This document shows positions 18,405 to 20,775 of a DNA stretch of 20,775 bases, one piece after another; within the stretch, counting starts at the first letter, position 1, and the number at the start of each line of letters is the position of its first letter. The notes below the pieces were generated by a model. The model saw only the letters and a program-made list of their open reading frames with translations. It made no database searches and was not told the origin of the DNA. The DNA comes from Tubiluchus corallicola (Eukaryota; Animalia; Priapulida). The stretch lies in assembly GCA_030141605.1 (NCBI GenBank), contig JAQGDQ010002482.1, positions 1-20,775 of the forward strand, written 5' to 3'. The position numbers and the translations under genes were made by a program.

Positions 18405-18533
18405 ATGTCAAAGGTCTGCCAAATAACAGGAAAAAGAACCATAGCGGGAAATAATGTTTCCCATGCTAACAATAAAACAAAAAGAAAGTTTTTTCCCAAT
18501 TTGCAAAAGAAACGCTTTTTTTTACCTGAACAA
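18405..18533 (+). CDS. rpmB: 50S ribosomal protein L28, N-terminal ~42 codons, cut at the inversion junction
   Basis: [43 protein letters not shown]. It then continues out of frame into pbpC-derived sequence to a stop at 18590. Confidence 0.92.
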
Positions 18534-19273
18534 GGATGGTTGGGCAGTGGGTATCACTCCCAAACATGTTGTTGCTGTGTGGGTAGGTAATGCAGATGGG
18601 GAGGGGCGTTCTGGGCTTACGGGAACCTTTGGCTGCATCTCCTATTATGTTTGATATTTTTAAACACCTCAATACGGACAAATGGTTTGAGCTGCCAAAT
18701 GAGAATGTAGCTACTATAAAATATTGTTCAAAAAGTGGTTTTAAGTACTCCAAATTGTGAAGAAAACCACTGAGATGATACTTCCAAAGCATCTGTTAAT
18801 GCTCCCCATTGTACTTATCATAAAATAATAAATTTAGATGAGGAGGAAAAATACCAAGTCAAACAGTCATGTTATCCTGTGGAAAAAAATGAAGCACAAA
18901 ATGGTTTGTGTTAACTCAATTATCAAGTGGTATTATAGACTTAAAAACCCTTCATATCAACAGATACCTCCTTTTAGGGATGAGTGCCTTGGAAAAAGAG
19001 ACAGGAAAGCCCATGCAAATTGTATATCCATTTAAAAAAAGTAAACTATATATACCCAAGAACTTAGGGGGAGAAAGAGGAGAGATAGTTTTTAAAATTG
19101 TACACAGAAACCCATTAGCTAAGGTCTTTTGGCATCTAGACAATCAATATATTGGAATGACTTCGCTAGACTCACACAAAAAGGGTATACAGCCTAAAAA
19201 GGGTATACATACTATTACTTGGGTAGATGAACAAGGCAATAGCTTATCTCTTAACTTTGAAATTTTGAATTAG
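18530..19273 (+). pseudogene. pbpC: Duplicated 3' third of pbpC, multiply frameshifted
   Basis: Fragments [41 protein letters not shown] and KETGKPMQIVYP...LNFEILN fall in different frames. Confidence 0.9.
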
Positions 19274-19434
19274 ATAATACAATTTTGGCAATTACAACTA
19301 TACATTTTAATGTGTCAATTTAATATAAACTCTATTTTTTATTCTCTTTATAGGGATGAGTAAAACTATTCCATATATTTTCTAAGTTTCAAATCTTCAG
19401 AATCTTCTTTGCCTTGTGTAGTTAATAGTTCAGT

Positions 19435-19474
19435 CCCCTCAAAGTAGCGTGCCTACCAATTCCACTACATGCGC
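19435..19474 (-). pseudogene. Second copy of the tRNA-Leu(GAG) 5' half (inside the inverted duplication)
   Basis: Exact reverse complement of 13134-13173. Confidence 0.78.
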
Positions 19475-19554
19475 TAATAATTTGCATGCAAAAATAAGGA
19501 CAATAAAATTCATCACCAAATTTATTGAAAATTGTTCTTTTGGGTATCTAAAAT

Positions 19555-20775
19555 TTATTCTTTTATTGCCTTAGCCTTTTCTACAATATCATGCACTACA
19601 CGTGGGTCTAAAAGAGTAGATGTGTCTCCAAAGTCATCATATACTCCCGAAGCAATTTTTCTTAAAATACGCCTCATTATTTTTCCAGACCGAGTTTTTG
19701 GTAGCCCTTTCACAAATTGTATAACATCAGGTTTTGCAATAGGTCCAATAAGGTTGCTTACCGTCATTTTTATCTCCTTTTGCAAGTTTTTCTCTGTTCT
19801 ATGCTCCATATCTGCAATTACAAAGGCATAAATTCCTTGCCCCTTAATTTCATGTGGATATCCTACTACAGCTGTTTCTACTGCAAGAGGATGTTCATTA
19901 ATAGCATTCTCGACCTCTGCCGTTCCCATTCTATGTCCAGAAACGTTGATAACATCATCTACTCGTCCTAAAATTTTATAGTATCCTTCTTCATCTCTTT
20001 TCACTCCATCTCCAGAGAAATAGTATCCCTTGAAAGTATCAAAATAGGTCTGTCTACACTTCTCATGGTCTCCATACAGAGTTCTTAGCATAGAGGGCCA
20101 AGGGAACTTGACGCATAAGTTTCCTTCTACTCCATTTCCTTTTAGTTCTTTTCCATTTTCATCTAAAATAGCTACTTGTATTCCAGGCAGTGGCAAAGTA
20201 GCATAAGATGGTTTTGTTGGAATAACTCCTGCTAGTGGTGATATTAAAATTCCTCCTGTTTCTGTTTGCCACCAAGTATCAACAATAGGGCACCTTCCTT
20301 TGCCTATGTGGTCCCTGTACCAGTGCCATGCTTCAGCATTAATGGGCTCCCCTACTGTGCCTAAAACCTTTAATGATGAAAGGTCCCTCTTGTTCACATG
20401 TTCCGTTCCAAACGCTTGCAAAGCTCTTATAGCAGTGGGGGCAGTATAAAACTGATTTACTTGATATTTGTCCACTATGTCCCAAAATCTTCCTGGGTCA
20501 GGATAGGTAGGTACACCTTCAAAAAGCAGGGTTGTGCCAGCACAAAGTAACGGAGCATATACTAAATAAGAGTGTCCTGTTATCCATCCTATATCTGCCG
20601 TACACCAATAAACATCTCCTGTGCTATACTGAAAAACATTTTTAAACGAAAATTGAGTATATACCATATATCCTCCACAGGTATGCACTATACCTTTTGG
20701 TTTTCCAGTTGAGCCAGAGGTGTATAATATAAACAAAATGTCCTCAGAGTCCATCTCTTCTGCTTTACACTCAAC
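19555..20775 (-). CDS. acs: Duplicated acetyl-CoA synthetase, C-terminal part (5' end outside window)
   Basis: The 399-aa translation is identical to the C-terminal 399 aa of 11146..13053. Confidence 0.92.
   Translation of the reverse strand, partial: VECKAEEMDSEDILFILYTSGSTGKPKGIVHTCGGYMVYTQFSFKNVFQYSTGDVYWCTADIGWITGHSYLVYAPLLCAGTTLLFEGVPTYPDPGRFWDIVDKYQVNQFYTAPTAIRALQAFGTEHVNKRDLSSLKVLGTVGEPINAEAWHWYRDHIGKGRCPIVDTWWQTETGGILISPLAGVIPTKPSYATLPLPGIQVAILDENGKELKGNGVEGNLCVKFPWPSMLRTLYGDHEKCRQTYFDTFKGYYFSGDGVKRDEEGYYKILGRVDDVINVSGHRMGTAEVENAINEHPLAVETAVVGYPHEIKGQGIYAFVIADMEHRTEKNLQKEIKMTVSNLIGPIAKPDVIQFVKGLPKTRSGKIMRRILRKIASGVYDDFGDTSTLLDPRVVHDIVEKAKAIKE

Larger units (their letters stand above)
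18530..20775 (-). repeat. Right arm of the inverted repeat (copy of 11833-14080), runs to window end
   Basis: Direct comparison found 8 small indels and 4 substituted bases in 18530-18997, and no differences beyond that. ORF translations beyond that point are identical to the left arm. Confidence 0.97.

Noticed and set aside
18530-18997. DGR-like template/variable repeat pair
   Set aside because: Differences are mostly indels rather than adenine-specific substitutions, the repeat is kilobases long, and there is no reverse transcriptase.
18363-19273. ORFs 18363..18590, 18454..18654, 18838..19035 and 18908..19273 as novel small genes
   Set aside because: They are by-products of the rpmB/pbpC junction and the frameshifts in the duplicated pbpC fragment.

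Overview
AT-rich Bacteroidota (Cytophagales-like) chromosomal window, mostly housekeeping. In order: a >689-aa secreted hypothetical protein running off the left edge (absent from the ORF track), pgmB, a rpsA-ugd-UXS-DUF6787 run on the minus strand, cysS-rlmB, DUF3109, acs, pbpC, hemA, a DUF6807 lipoprotein and the first ~42 codons of rpmB. Three things stand out. (1) Bases 18530-20775 are an inverted copy of 11833-14080 that cuts rpmB; all differences I found lie in the ~470 bp next to the junction and are mostly homopolymer indels, so a fold-back chimera or misassembly is more likely than biology. (2) A tRNA-Leu(GAG) 5' half with an intact Bacteroidota promoter stops just after the anticodon loop, a likely integration or deletion scar. 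(3) The rpsA leader can form two hairpins and a possible pseudoknot covering the bases just upstream of the start codon. ugd has a 1-nt homopolymer frameshift. I saw no CRISPR array, transposase, integrase or clearly new multi-gene system.
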